A stretch of 64,000 bases of DNA from Octopus sinensis. Its lineage: Eukaryota. The translations under genes were made by a program, and so were the position numbers. The notes under the pieces are model-generated. The model worked only from the letters and a program-made list of their open reading frames with translations. It did not search any database and had not been told where the DNA came from. The DNA lies in assembly GCF_006345805.1 (NCBI RefSeq), contig NC_043003.1, positions 34,782,001 to 34,846,000 on the forward strand, written 5' to 3'. Position 1 is the first letter of the stretch; every line of letters starts with the position of its first letter. This document shows, piece by piece, positions 50,409 to 64,000 of the stretch.

Positions 50409-50798
50409 GTCTCATATTCAAATATTCGGCAATTACAAGATGCTATAAATGAATAAGTTGAAAGGGGATTTTGATTATAGCAGTGAGAAGTGCTACTTGG
50501 ATTTCGAACAGAACATCACATAAATACATATCAACATTCACGAATGCCCGGACACATGCTCGAACATACACCCCATTCACCCTAATCATATATAAGAATG
50601 TAGGTTGTAAGGAAAGGTAGACAGATGGAGATCTCGCAGTCTAGTTCAGCGAAATGTATACTTGTATATAGATATGTATACGTGCATAGGTTCCCCCTAC
50701 TATGGTCTTATTTTCTCGAGTATCATGTGCATTGCATTTATTTTAACTTATGTCTGACGAGATTTATATATAATATGCTGTAATATTAAATAATCATA

Positions 50799-51005
50799 AG
50801 GCAGCGAGCTAGTAGAATCGTTAGCGCGCCAGGAAAAATGCTTAGAGTTATTTTTGTCCATCTTTACGTTCTGAGTTCAAATTCTGTCGAGGCCAACTTT
50901 GTCTTTCGGAGTTGGTAAAATAAGTACCAATTGAACACCGAAGCTAATGTAATAGAGTTACCTACAGTCCCGAAATTGCTGGCCTTGTGCCAAAATATGA
51001 AACCA
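50799..51005 (+). mobile_element. SINE family C
   Basis: aaggcagcgagctagtagaatcgttagcgcgcc...gttctgagttcaaattc...gaaattgctggccttgtgccaaaatatgaaacc. Confidence 0.88.
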
Positions 51006-51074
51006 ATTTTACATTATTATTTATCATCATGTAAAATAATAACTCAAACGCTCCATTATTGGATTTACGGTATA

Positions 51075-51266
51075 TACTCTTTACTCTTTTAATTGTTTCA
51101 GTCATTTGACTGCGGCCATGCTGGAGCACCACCTTTAGTCGAGCAAATCGACCCCAGGACTTATTCTTTGTGAGCCCAGTACTTATTCTATTGGTCTTTT
51201 TGCCGAACCGCTAAGTGACGGGGACGTAAACACACCACCATCGGTTGTCAAGCAATGCTAGGGGGA

Positions 51267-51311
<45 letters not shown>

Positions 51312-51312
51312 A

Positions 51313-51352
<40 letters not shown>

Positions 51353-51514
51353 GACAGGCTTCTTTCAGTTTCCGTCTACCAAAGCCACTCACAAGGCATT
51401 GTTCGGCCCGGGGCTATAGTAGAAGACACTTGCCCAAGATGCCACGCAGTGGGACTGAACCCGGAACCATGTGGTTGGTTAGCAAGCTACTTACCACACA
51501 GCCACTCCTGCGCC
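51075..51514 (-). mobile_element. SINE family A, full length
   Basis: Complete reverse-complement copy; shares diagnostic variants with the 8515 copy. Confidence 0.95.
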
Positions 51515-51639
51515 TATATAGTAGTCTCTTGTAGTCCGAGAAAGACGAGTTTGCAATTTCTTGCTGAACCTACGTAAATGACACTCTTATAGTGATCGAA
51601 TGTTTCTGGTGAACATTAATTCATTCCATCTATCAAATT

Positions 51640-51755
51640 GACGTTGCCTGAAGAGATGCACGGTCTACATGTCAGGCAAAGCAAATTGAGTGTATTGCTC
51701 CAGAACTTAACGCAACATCCAGTCCAGGAATCGAAACCACGATCTCGAGTGTACG
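51640..51755 (-). mobile_element. SINE family-D-related fragment
   Basis: gagtgtattgctccagaacttaacgc...ccaggaatcgaaaccacgatctcg resembles the D head region. Confidence 0.5.
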
Positions 51756-53059
51756 ACCACAGGATGTGTGTAAGTATATGTATGTACGTATATACACATA
51801 TATACACATATATCGATGTGTTTGTGCGTGGGTGTATCTTAATGTCATTGTCAGAGGAAGCAGAGTAGAATCCTCGGTGTTTCTAGGTAATTCGTATCAA
51901 GTGGAAATAGTGTTGATATACCTAGAGAGGAAACATGTTTCGAATGATTGGATGAGAAACAACAAATGAAATTAAGAGTTAAGGAGAGGATATAAATGAA
52001 AAAAAAACACAAAAAATTTTTTAAATGGATCCAAAGGGAGAATACGATTTGATATATTGTTTGTAATATAGACAGTGATAGATAAACAACTACTAGTAAA
52101 AAAAAAATAATATTTCAAGGAAGCATATATGCTATTTTATTTTTAACGATTAGAGCTAAAGCTTACTAAGCGAGAGATCGACATATTATTAGAATAAAGT
52201 ACGACAGAAAAGAGAAAACGAAATTATGGTGAATGAGGGACTGATAGACTGGAAAAAGAGAGCCTAAGATAAACTGACTGAGAGTATGAATTAAAAGCGC
52301 AGAAAGAAGGAATGGAAGAATGAATAAAAATAGGAAAGCAGGAATGCGTAAGAAGAAGAGGTAGGTGAGGAGAGGCATAACAAAAATGGAATAGAATAGA
52401 TAAATAATGAGGAAACAATCTTGTTAAAGAACTACTATTACAGAGAGATGACATTATTGAGAGGTGCAAGGGAACTATTTAGATTTTCATTCAAATAAAA
52501 TTAAGGAAGATGGAAAAGAATGTATAAAAGAAGAAGAAAACCAGAAATAAAAGTTTGGTAAATTGGTAGCTATTTCAAATTGGTAGCACTTGAATAACGA
52601 GAAATTTCTATGGAATGTTTTATCAATGACGGAAATTGAAAGTTCGATTCCTTCGTGATTAGCTTTTAAATAATGTCTTCGTGGCAAACTTGTTTGTTTT
52701 TCAAGCTTGAAGTTTGCAGGAACTTCTATCCATTGGAAGTTCAATCCCATGTCCTATTAAATGTTGGGTGATATTATTTTTCTTTTTAAATAATAACGAC
52801 ATTGCCATATCTATACAACATCAAAGCAAGTATGACTAAGCCCATATGCTGCACTTAATGAATAACAAATAATGCCGTTGAGCATGCAGAATATACGTGG
52901 GCAAACGTATATGTACATATGCATATATTATGCATATATATATATATATATACATACATACATACATACATACATACATACATGTACATACAGGAATTTT
53001 TATAGATATATGTATGTGCCTATATACATAATTTAATAGACAATTATATATGTGTTTGC

Positions 53060-53093
<34 letters not shown>

Positions 53094-53559
53094 GCACAAA
53101 ATGTATGTTTGTATGTGTCTGTATATGTATTACATAGTTAAGTACATATTCTTTTCTGTTTGTATATGTGTGTGCGTGAGTGTGTGTATGAGAAAGAAAG
53201 AAAGAAAGCCAGCAAGCAAGCAAGCAAGCAAGAAAGAAAGAAAGAAAGAAAGAGTGAGTGAGTCAACTTTGACAACGAAATGGTTGACTGTGATTTCGAA
53301 TTTTCTGCTAGCCCGCCTGCGACAGATTGTGCCCTATGTATTTCGGAGTTTTGACTTGATATATTCTTTAGCAATTTACTTTGAGGGGTAGGTGGTGATA
53401 CGAGTTGCATTCTAGAAGGTTTGAGACTTTTGGGTACAGGCAGTTTTAATTACCCAAGATTTTGCTGAGGTTTAGTGTCACAGTTAGTCCTATAAAAGTC
53501 TCATACAAACAATAAAATGTGTGTGTGTCTGAGTGTGTACGATGCTTCTTTATGTTTTC

Positions 53560-53697
53560 CGCTTTAACAACCACTCATAAACCTTTGGTCAGCCCGAGCA
53601 TATAGTAGAAGATACATATGCAATGTGCCACGAAGTGGGAGTGAACCGGGAAACGTAGTTAGAAAGCAAAAGTCTTGCCACACCGGCATGCTGGTGC
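53560..53697 (-). mobile_element. SINE family A, degenerate 5' part
   Basis: ccactcataaacctttggtcagcccgag...tatagtagaagata...gtgccacgaagtgggagtgaaccgga. Confidence 0.75.
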
Positions 53698-54004
53698 ATG
53701 TATATGTGTGAGTGTGTGGACGATTTGGAAATTGCAAGTTTAATTTCGAATAGGAGTCTTATGAGCACGTGTAGCAGATTAGTACTTTAAACTGATGAGG
53801 TAATTTGGTGAATGTATTCTCAACTACATTATATACCACATCTATATGTTCATCACGCTTTTCATACTTTGATTTTTTTCATCGCTAATATTAGAATAAA
53901 TGTTTCACTATTAGTGCCACTGATAGAAGAAGCTGGTGAACAAATGTGCATGAGTGTTTACCAGAAAATATCTGTGTTCGTGTTCGTCCACATTCTGTTA
54001 TACA

Positions 54005-54252
54005 CACACGTCCTTGAGTCAGGCCCTTTATTTCTTGTTGTTTCAGTCCACTCAGCTGGCAAAAGTGAGATGCCCCTGTAATTCAAAGGGTCCCCCTTTG
54101 TCACACTCTGTCTCACGTTGAATCTCCCTCAGAACTATGTTAGCGGTACGCCTATCTAAGGAGTGCTCTGCCTCTTGCACATAAAGTTCACGAGTAGGCT
54201 GTTCGGTTGACGGAATCAACTGGAATCCTTGCCGTTGTAATCGACCTTGCTC
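54005..54252 (+). mobile_element. SINE family D, head lost
   Basis: gtccttgag...cagtccactcagctggcaaaa...tttgtcacactctg...gttcacgagtaggctgttcggttga aligns with the rc of 34355-34600. Confidence 0.8.
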
Positions 54253-55054
54253 TTTGTGAATAATAATTATATGTACATATATTCATCCGTTTTCAAATGT
54301 AATTTTGCAGACGAGTGTCATCTTAGTCCTATTCTTTCACGTCATCTTCCCCGTCTTCTTGCAACAGTGTAATCGACAATAAAATTGTCAAAAATTATAG
54401 TGATTCAGCTTCAAATTAGGAAAAAGAAAAACAGATGAAAACGTAAAGATGTATTTTAAACAGCAATCTAGAATGATTTTCTGTTGCCTTCACCTGTATA
54501 CATATATGAACAGGTTAATTACATTGAACTAAGTTGCTGAACACCTCTTGCGGTTGAAGTGTAAGCAAGTACCTTCATTGTATTAAATATAACTTAGTTT
54601 TTAATTGCTAGGTTCACAGCAGATTGGTTGAACTTCAGCGCGTCGTGCTGAATTCTGTACTGTGATTAGTTATGTCCCTTCCCATTCAGTATCCGTTCCT
54701 GTGTACACTTTATTTCATCATCCTAAGTTAAAAAAGGATGCACTGAAGCAGAAATTTTGAGAAATATGTTCTATGAAAACTAAATTACATCTCTTTCCGT
54801 TTGGGGTTCAAATACGATAGATGTCAACATCCTTTTCACAAATCTAACACTGAATTACCAGATTAAATCTTAACCAGTTCATCCCTACACTCTGCAATAT
54901 TTGAGAATTATAAAAAAATCATGTGAATGTTATAAATTATTATGTTCATAACTATGTAAAGTTTTACAATTTCAATGCTTGTCTAATTAGCAGTTAAATA
55001 TATTCTTGGGATGGTAAATATATCATTGACTCAGTTTTTGTTACATTTGAAACC

Positions 55055-55463
55055 CGCAGGAGTGGCTGTCTGGTAAGTAGCTTGTTTACCAACCGCATGG
55101 TTCCAGGTTCAGTCCCACTGCGTGGCACCTTGGGCAAGTATCTTCTACTATAGCCTCGGGCCGACCAAAGCCTTGTGAGTGGATTTGGTAGACGGAAACT
55201 GAAAAGAAGCCCGTTGTATATGTATATATATATGTATGTGTGTGTATCTGTGTTTGTCCCCCCTAGTATTGCTTGACAACCGATGCTGGTGTGTTTATGT
55301 CTCCGTCACTTAGCGGTTCGTCAAAAGAGACCGATAGAATAAGTACTGGGCTTACAAAGAATAAGTCCCGGGGTCGAGTGAATTGCTTGATTAAAGGCGG
55401 TGCTCCAGCATGGCCGCAGTCAAATGACTAAAACAAGTAAAAGAGTAAATGAGTAAAAGAGTA
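55055..55463 (+). mobile_element. SINE family A, full length
   Basis: Complete head, body and tail ending in an (aaagagta)n-like repeat. Confidence 0.95.
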
Positions 55464-56763
55464 TATATATTAATATTAGTACCATTGTATTCATAAACAA
55501 AACATTATATTTTCTTTTCTACTCAAGATGCAAACCGAAATAAGAGAGGGTCGAAGAAAACAAGTGTGCCGAGTATGGTGCTAAGCTGTAGCAAACCAAA
55601 GTTTCGTCACATAAATAACAGTTATATAATTAAATCAATCATATCATTTATGAATTAATCTTCATCGTACATTCAATTTATATTCTATCAATCTATTTGT
55701 ATTTTTAAATTATCCATATAATCATTGCTTTATCTCAACAAGCCAATGTTTCTATTCTTCTTATTTTTCAGATCTTGCTAGGTTTTGATTTTTGTTTTCT
55801 GTTTATGTTTATGATTATTTTTCTTTTATATGTCTCCCTCACATTCACATATGATTGACTCTCTCTCTCTCTCTCTGTCTGTCTCTCTCTCTGTCTCTCT
55901 CTCTCTCTGTCTCTCTCTCTCTCCATATATATATATATTTCTTTTTTATATACTCAGCGCTTTTGTCCTTTCTTTCACTACTTTCCTCTCCTTCAATTTC
56001 TTACGTTTTATTTCATTAATTCCTCAGCCGAGCTACATTTTCTCTACCGCACCTTAACTTCCTGCTAATCGTGAAAACGGTTTAACGTCGCATCACCTTC
56101 TGCTCTTACCAATATCCCATGTCTAATTTTCCGCTAAAAGAATTTGTTCATTTAAAGATCTTTAATTAATTGACCAGAAAACACCAGGAGTCCCTTATTT
56201 GCAGTTGAAACTTGTTTAGCACTCTTTCTCTTTCTGGTTATTTCACCTTCAATGTCTCTCGGCTTATCTGTAATTCTCTAACTTTATCTCTAACCAACCA
56301 TGCTTTTATAAGACGATTGATACCTCTTCTTCACAGTCTTTTACTTTTCTATCAGAAAGTATTTCGTATTTTTGTTTTTTTTGTTGTTTTTTTTAATGCA
56401 GAATCCCAGCCGCAATTATGGGGACGAAAAGAAGTTTCATCGCGAGAAATGGAAAACAAGTAACTTCGCAAATTTAGTTTTCGGTAATGTAACACTATTA
56501 ATAAAATAATTATAATAGTAATGAATCTAAGCAGCTAATTATCCATTGTACCGAACTAATTCGAAACAAACCATAAGAATCAACTTTTGTCGAGTATAAT
56601 TTTTTTTTTTTAAATTTAGTTATTTTCGTACGTCTCCCTGACATAGTCAATATAATATTGACCACAACCATTTCTTCATACTATTTTTGTTTTTTCATTA
56701 TCTCACTTTGCTTTTCTTTCTCCACGCTTTCTCTCAATGTAGATATGTGTGTGCATACATATA

Positions 56764-56803
<40 letters not shown>

Positions 56804-56976
56804 TAGGTATATATGAATATGCGCGTGTGTTCCCATCGTTTTTATCGTTTATATGTTACTTGTATTTAACCCCACCGCACAGTTTTCTTTCTTTAGTCCC
56901 CCCCTCTCTCTCTCTTTCTCTGTCTCACTCCCTATCTCTCTTTTTTTCTCTCTCTCTCACTCTCTCTCTCTCTCTC

Positions 56977-57013
<37 letters not shown>

Positions 57014-58059
57014 ATCTCTCGATTTCTAAATGTGTTCCAGTCTATCTGCCTTCTTTACCTTTCTATTCCTTCCTGCGATTTCCATGTTTACTTTCTTTAT
57101 TCCTTCCTTTACATTTTTCTTTTCTGTCACCCCTACACCTCTTCTCAACACACTGTCCATCCATTTACTTCGCATTTTCCCTATAACTTCATAGTTATAG
57201 CAAAAAATGTCTACGTCAAATGCAACAAAAAAATTTCAAAAACGAAAGGAAAATCTATATAAACCATCTGCCTCTTCCCCTTATTATCTTCTACTTCTGC
57301 TCGTCAGACATTCTCTATAATGAAATGATTCCAAAAACATGCTAAAGGGTTGTATGGGGAGTGCTAAACAATTTCGAGAAATTAGATTTCTATTTCCTAT
57401 AGTGTCGTGTGTTAATGTCCCGAGCAACACCAACATATTAGATTGCCGACGGTAAGAAATTTACTGTTGGGACCATTTTGATATTATTAAGCGGTGGATG
57501 GGTGTAACAACAGTTGCAAGGAGGGGACTTCACCACAAGTCCTTTATTTTATTGATTCGAGAAGCGCTGTAGCAGTGTGGTGTAAATTCGTTGCAAAGAG
57601 GATGGGAGGTCGAGGTGTTTGGAGTAGACAAGAGGAGGATGTGTTTAGAGAATTCTGATATGATTGCTTTTAGTATCATTGTTAGAAGAGGAGCGCCTTT
57701 ATGGAATGATGTGAAGATGGTTGCATGTTGTGTGTGTGTGTATGTGTGTGTGTGTGTTTGTCTGTGTGTGTTCGTGGATGGCTGCCTTGATGTGTGAGAA
57801 GATGGATGTGTGAAATAGATAAATGGATGGATAGGTAGATGGAAGAAAGTTGATCTGCTGTTGATCACCAGGAGGTAAAAGAGTAGTGTGAATTGAGGTA
57901 ACATTTATGATATTTAGGATTTTCGACTAAAAGTATATAAGCTAATTTAAATACATCTATCAACTTTATTTCATTTATTAGAGATGCAGCAGATAGCTAA
58001 GAAAGAAGGGTACATATTAAATGCTTTTATGATCGACTATCCAAATTTGCCTAATCAGT

Positions 58060-58063
58060 GGCC

Positions 58064-58111
<48 letters not shown>

Positions 58112-58122
58112 CATTATTATTA
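58060..58122. repeat. (TAT)n microsatellite
   Basis: Directly visible. Confidence 0.95.
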
Positions 58123-61100
58123 CCGCTGGTGTTTAAAGTGTATATTAACGATAATTATTTCTCTTGAAGGCCAGAAAATACAGCTCCACTCAACTGTCGA
58201 CAAATCTTGTTCGTCACAAGACTTGAGATAAAGAAATGATATACTAGCCGTAAATATGGGACGGTGTTGCCACGCTACTACGCATGCAACGAGTCTAGAT
58301 TGCATCCAAGAAAATGCTATTTGACTGATTGAAATTCTTAAATTGCGGTAGTTGCTATCATTGTACGGATATTTTGCCCTTTTTCATTTTTGTCTTCGCA
58401 GGATAAATCATCTAGATTCAACTATTATATCCTTCATATACTACATTATATACATTGAGGTAGATTTAAAGTATTGTAACAATTTCGTAAATATTTATTA
58501 GTGTGTGTCGTTGTGTAAGTGTTTCTTTTTGTCTTGAGAGAGACCAAAACTGGAGAGAGAAATAGTTAAAGGAAGAAAAAGAGATGTTGGAATGATTGGA
58601 GGAATGAAATAACGATAGAAAGTGAGACAAGACTGAATATAAACTGGAAAGAAAGAGAAATGAAATTAGAAAAAAAAAATAAAAAAGGACAGAACACAAG
58701 GAATCGAGTATTTAGTTATGGAAACAGAAATTGATGAAAATGGAATGAAAGGAAGAAAATGCGGACGAATATATATGAGAGTAAAAGAAATGAAAGAAAC
58801 GGACAAACATGAATGATAAAATGATAACTCGGAATAAAGGAGGAGAGAATAGAAGAAGCAAAGCAACTAACGGCTAGCAACTAGCACGACGTTAAAACAA
58901 AAAGAGATACAGTGAAAGAAAGATAGGAATAGAATGATAGGAAAGTAAAATGAAAGATCAATTGCTTGAGAAAGAGAATGAAAACGACGGGAACAGAGAC
59001 TGATTTAAAATGCAATAACAAAAACAAAAAAAATGGAATACACATAGCATAATAGAAAGGGTGGGGAAGAAGGTAAAATAATAAAACAGGAGAAAGACGA
59101 AAGATAATAAAATAATTAGATAAAAGTAAATGTGATTTTTCTATGCATCAGTTGAAGCTGACGAAATGCGAATAAGCGCGTTCCCCTGCATGAGTGACTG
59201 TGTGTCATGTATGCAATAGAGCAGATGTCTAAGTGTTGATATCTATGTGATGATAAAGCAGTGGTGTCCTATAGCCAGCGTGTTTTAAAATAGTCCGACA
59301 TGTCTGCCGTTACGACGTGCCAGTGATTTTCGTTGGCTTGTGTCCTCCTCACAAACTTTCTTTTACATAGTTATGTTATAGTTATGCATAAACTGCAGCT
59401 GATGTATTTTCACATTACTCAAGCGAACATATGCAAAAACGTAATGAAGAGAGATTGAGGAAAGTGAAAGTGAATATGCGCGTATGTGTGTATTTGTGTG
59501 TATGAGAGATGGAAAGAGAGAGAGAGAGAGAGAGAGTTGTTAAGAGAGAATTACATTGAGAGAGCGTCGATGTGAAGAAAATCTGCGTGTAACATCAGTG
59601 TGGTGATGATGTTTGAGCAGTTGATGGTGAGATGTAGTCACAATAGCAGTGATGTCTTGTGTAATACAATATCATCGATGTAATTGACATTATATTACAT
59701 GGTCGTATGCATACGAATGCATATGAATGTTTAAATGTGTCTTAAATCAGTTATCGAAGTATATGTTGGAGGTATGTGTATGTGTGTGTGTGTGTATACA
59801 TTTATGTGTATGTGTGTATACAAAAGAGTGTGAACAGATGGATGTATGGACTATTACAGTTCTTATTGTTGTAGTCATTGCTGAAATTCTTGAAGGTGGG
59901 CTGCAAGCAGCTATAATTTAGTTCAGCAAAGTGGTAATAATATTCGATGTTACTGGTTCTATTAATTTTATTTTAGAGTGATGATGTAAGTAATTGAATA
60001 TTCTCGCTCAAAATATTGATATATTACATAGGCAGTATGCATAAGATTTATAATGAAGGGAGGAAATCAGATTGTTTTACGTTCCTGTTTTTCTCAAGGG
60101 CAATAAAATTGTAAGTGAAACGAAAATGATACAATCGGGAATTGAAATCGGGTTCCAGTCTCGTTTCAACCGGACCTTATCTCTAAAATGACACTCATCA
60201 TTCTTGACTGTTTATTTTCTCTCTTTTTTGTTTGTTATTTTTCTTTTTTTATATTCACGACTGGGGCACACATGCTCTACATTTTACAAGCTTGAGAATT
60301 AGATATGTAGTACATATGCATTTCCTAGAAAGATAATTATTTACACTAGACCCGTGTATTCCAGAGAAACTAATCTATCTTATGATGACAGGTGACTAGT
60401 GTCGTAGCCAGAAGAAACTTTTCCTCATTCATTACAAAATAACGGGTATTCAATAGTTTGGTAAAAGAAACGCAGTTGAATTGACGATATCACCATATTG
60501 AACATTTTGTCTATCTGAAAAATAATCGGAAAGTTATAAATAACGTTAGTACCACTCATTACTTAACTGCATTGGTCATAAGCAGAGTGACTGTATCGAA
60601 AGCTTCGCACCATTACAACAATCAACCTCAGCAACAACTGCTGAGTAGTTACAGCCACCACACAACCAAACCCATAATAAGAACAGCAGTCGATAATTGT
60701 GGTTAAGTTGTTATTACCGTTGCTGTTTTTGATGTTGCTGTTGTTGTTGTTGGTGGTGGTGATGATGATGATGATGTCAACGGTGTCAATGTCGACGATG
60801 ATGAGGATCTATTTGTATGTTGAAGAATTCGATCTATAACGTTGATGACATCGAACATCATGTTTCCTCATTAAAGCATTGACCAGTCACATTAAACTCC
60901 AACACATTTCGTCACTTCCTTTTCAACACTGGATCGTTTGCACCCCCAACCAATTCATTTCTGTCAAATAATGCTAATTAGTTCCCGTTAAAGAGAATGA
61001 AATCGAGTTCTCGGGTTTTATATATGCTTTCTTAAAAGTCACAATCCTCGAATTAGCAATACATGACACCCGTTTGCATTACAGAAAAATTATTTCTGAA

Positions 61101-61579
61101 TATTCAAAAAATATCACTTTTATACATTTATTTATATTAATCGTATTTAACGATTGCTTTCTGAATTTGTTTGAATATCTTTTAAAAAAAAAAAAAGTAA
61201 TTGCAATTTGCATTTTGTTCAGCATAGCAACGAGATGAATTTGTCTTTTCCCTAAATCTTACAGGGATCTAATTTTAACAAATAATTTTGTTTTTAAAGC
61301 TTTAAATAGCTATGTATGTCTTGATATATTTTTTTTTCTTTTTATCTTGACATTTTAGATTCGCATTTCGTTCTGATATTTGATTTTTTTTTTTTCTAAA
61401 ACTGAATAATCTTTTGTTTTATATGCACTATATTTAGAATGATATATTTTCCGAACGTGTACAAGTGCTATGTTTTCTCACATACTCATCTCCCAGGGCT
61501 TAATACTTTATTGTTAATTTCTTGTTGTTGTTGTTGTTTTTTTTCTTTCTTAGAACAGTTCCTTCTACACATTCACTAC

Positions 61580-61710
61580 ATCAGGGTCGGTGTAGTGGAA
61601 CAGAAGGAAAAAAGCTGAGGCCTTGCACGAGTGCTTTCGCTATAAGTACCCGAATCAGGATGATGATTTTAACAGCGGAGAAATTCACTTTAAATTGAAG
61701 AAAAAAGTTC
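61580..61710 (+). mobile_element. Possible short CR1/L2-type LINE linker fragment
   Basis: Translates VVEQKEKAEALHECFRYKY, resembling EKAE.LN..F.S.F; a single motif only. Confidence 0.3.
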
Positions 61711-61924
61711 AATATTTCAGTTAGTTTTTAGCGATCAATGTCAAGTTCCTTGTATTTAGATAATATCTTCAGATACATGACCATATGTTTGTATCATAAG
61801 TATAATGAGGGTGGAATTTTGGATGACAGTCTCGATTCAACTGAAAATAATGCCAAGATGACTGAAGTTTGGACCCGAGATAGAATATTTCACAGATTTC
61901 AGGTTGAAAACCGGGTAAGGATGA

Positions 61925-62146
61925 AAGAGAAAAGTTCTTCCCGATTCATTTCGCCTCATAGGGCCGGTTTCCCGGTTTTCGTGGCGTATATATGAACCAG
62001 CATTGTCCATTTTTGCCAGCTGAGTGGACTGGGTCAGTGTGAAAGTGCTTAGCTCAAGAACACAACGCGTCACCCGGTCCAAGAATTGAAACCACAATTT
62101 TACGATCATGAATCCAACACCCTGACTACCAAACCATGCACCTACA
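61925..62146 (-). mobile_element. SINE, family-D-related head with a different tail
   Basis: catttttgccagctgagtggactgg...gctcaagaacacaacgcgtc...gaattgaaaccac...tacgatcatga matches the D head. Confidence 0.8.
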
Positions 62147-62493
62147 TGCAAATTAGAAGAGTTGAACAGAAACCTTGAAATATTCATTTACCGTTTCAGG
62201 TAACTCTTTCCATCAATCACTCTCTTTCTGTCCTTAACTTTCTTCACACACATTCACCCCACCTCTCAGTCATACAGACACAAACCGCACACATTAAACT
62301 ATGGAGTTATTCAAATTCAGGATGCTAGAGGTTTCATAAATGAAGCCCACCCTACCTAGGTGTATTGAGAAGATCAGGCCTAAGAAGTGTGTGAAATTTT
62401 TATAAAGTTACACACGTTCTGTTACTCACACGAAACCGCTGGTAACTCGCATAAGAATGAATTATTTTGTTACAGGCATTAATAAACATGCAA

Positions 62494-62527
<34 letters not shown>

Positions 62528-62819
62528 GCTTTTGAATATGTCTTAGACCGCGGTTTCGTTTGATTGGATATTCACGCCAGAAAGTTATGTATTTTACTGT
62601 ATTGTTTTCTTTTTCTTACTTTGAATATGTCCACTGTAACCGCTTCATTAATGCACTCCATATATGGTCATTTTAGTACTTTTAAAAACTGAAATCTGCT
62701 GAATACATTTATTATCTGTATATAATGAATATATTTGCTATTTATAGAAGAGTGTCTTGTTTTAATCTGTCATGAAATGCTCCGAACTGTGTTCTGTTCG
62801 TTTTCTGACAGTACAATTA

Positions 62820-62889
62820 AAAATATGTGTGTGTTTGTGTATGTATGTGTGTTTGTATGTATGTATGTATGTATGTATGTATGTATGTA

Positions 62890-62922
<33 letters not shown>

Positions 62923-63020
62923 ATGTGTATGTATGTATGTATGTATGTATGTATGTATGTATGTATGTATGTGTGTATGTATGTGTGTATGTATGTATGT
63001 ATATATGCATGCATGTATGT
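62820..63020. repeat. (TATG)n/(TG)n microsatellite
   Basis: Directly visible. Confidence 0.95.
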
Positions 63021-63077
63021 ACATCATTGTCAGGTCACTTTTGAGTGCTACTGGTAACATGTAACTCAGTACAACTT

Positions 63078-63600
63078 GTTGTATGGTCGGGTCGTCGGCA
63101 ACTAAACCGGCAACTCCACCAAGCTTGCTTGGTGAGGAGGGTGTTTATTGGTCACCCTGCGGGATGAAAAACAAAACAGGTCAAAGGGCGGAAGAACTCT
63201 TGAGAGTGAACGGCCATCCAATAAATGTCTTAAGGCTGTATCATGTGCGGGGACATAGAAGTAATCGAACTGAATGCCCGATCGCTCGGTTAAACCATTG
63301 AGAGTGAGGAACTCCTAGCCGTTGTTAGGTCATCCTTCTAGGAGAAGGTAACTCAGGTAACTGGGATAACTCCGACATAAAACCTGCGGCTCAGTGGTTA
63401 CCGATGATGTTGACTTGTTCTTCTTTTCGGATTGTGGCAGCAGTTGGTTAGTAAGTGGAATTGGCTCAGCGCTCAGCATTTCCTCACTTAAAAAAAAACT
63501 TGCACAGGCATTGCACGATAACAACGTTGATTAAGCTTCGTGCAATGGCCATTCTTGATAACGAGGAGGCAGCCACTATGTATGTACATATGTATGTCTG
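63078..63600 (+). mobile_element. GC-rich structured segment, probable RTE-type leader or non-autonomous retroelement
   Basis: About 50% GC with several hairpins and no ORF; ends in a (TATG)-like tail. ggagaaggtaactc...taaaacct resembles RTE 5' UTR motifs from recollection. Single copy in the window. Confidence 0.45.
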
Positions 63601-63749
63601 TGTGTATATTTATCTATATGAGTGATAGATGATGCAGTGTCGCTTATGTACCTAATAGCAGCCCAGAAACAGGTATTGAATACTGGAATAAAGATCTATT
63701 CTCTCACTTTACGACATTTATGTGGCCGGTTTATTTCTAACTACATGCA

Positions 63750-63783
<34 letters not shown>

Positions 63784-64000
63784 GAAATGTCTGAGAGTAT
63801 GTCTCTAAATATTATAGAAAAAAAAACAAGGTCAATGTTCTGTAATTTACAAAGGCATACACATAACTGCACACGTGATACATGCATAAATATATGAGCA
63901 TCTACTTCCACATGTTTGGCGAACATGATATTACCTAGTGTTGGAAGTCTTCATTCGTGTGGACCCTTGAGCTTTATGCACGCACACACACACACACACA

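Noticed and set aside
53790-53820. CTGATGA...GAATGTA
   Set aside because: No helix pairing consistent with a hammerhead.

Overview
AT-rich, microsatellite-saturated animal genomic DNA. It is most likely a coleoid cephalopod such as an octopus; this is inferred from the repeat families and not verified by search. I found no host protein-coding gene, rRNA, genuine tRNA or CRISPR array. Almost every ORF in the supplied track is a translation of a di-, tri- or tetranucleotide repeat. The window reads as intergenic or deep-intronic DNA made of transposon fossils: about 35 copies of tRNA-derived SINEs in four families (my labels A-D), one 5'-truncated Penelope-like element (PLE; RT thumb plus GIY-YIG, three frameshifts) and several PLE-derived remnants. 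There are also degenerate fragments of several non-LTR retrotransposon types and two MITEs. The most notable unannotated signal is five hammerhead-ribozyme (HHR)-like motifs in apparently unrelated PLE-derived sequences, two of them in divergent fold-back pairs. Other points of interest: a perfect local inverted duplication inside a SINE, a perfect 19-bp hairpin, concatemeric and chimeric SINE architecture, and an adjacent octamer plus PBX-MEIS/PREP motif. All alignments and folds were done by eye.
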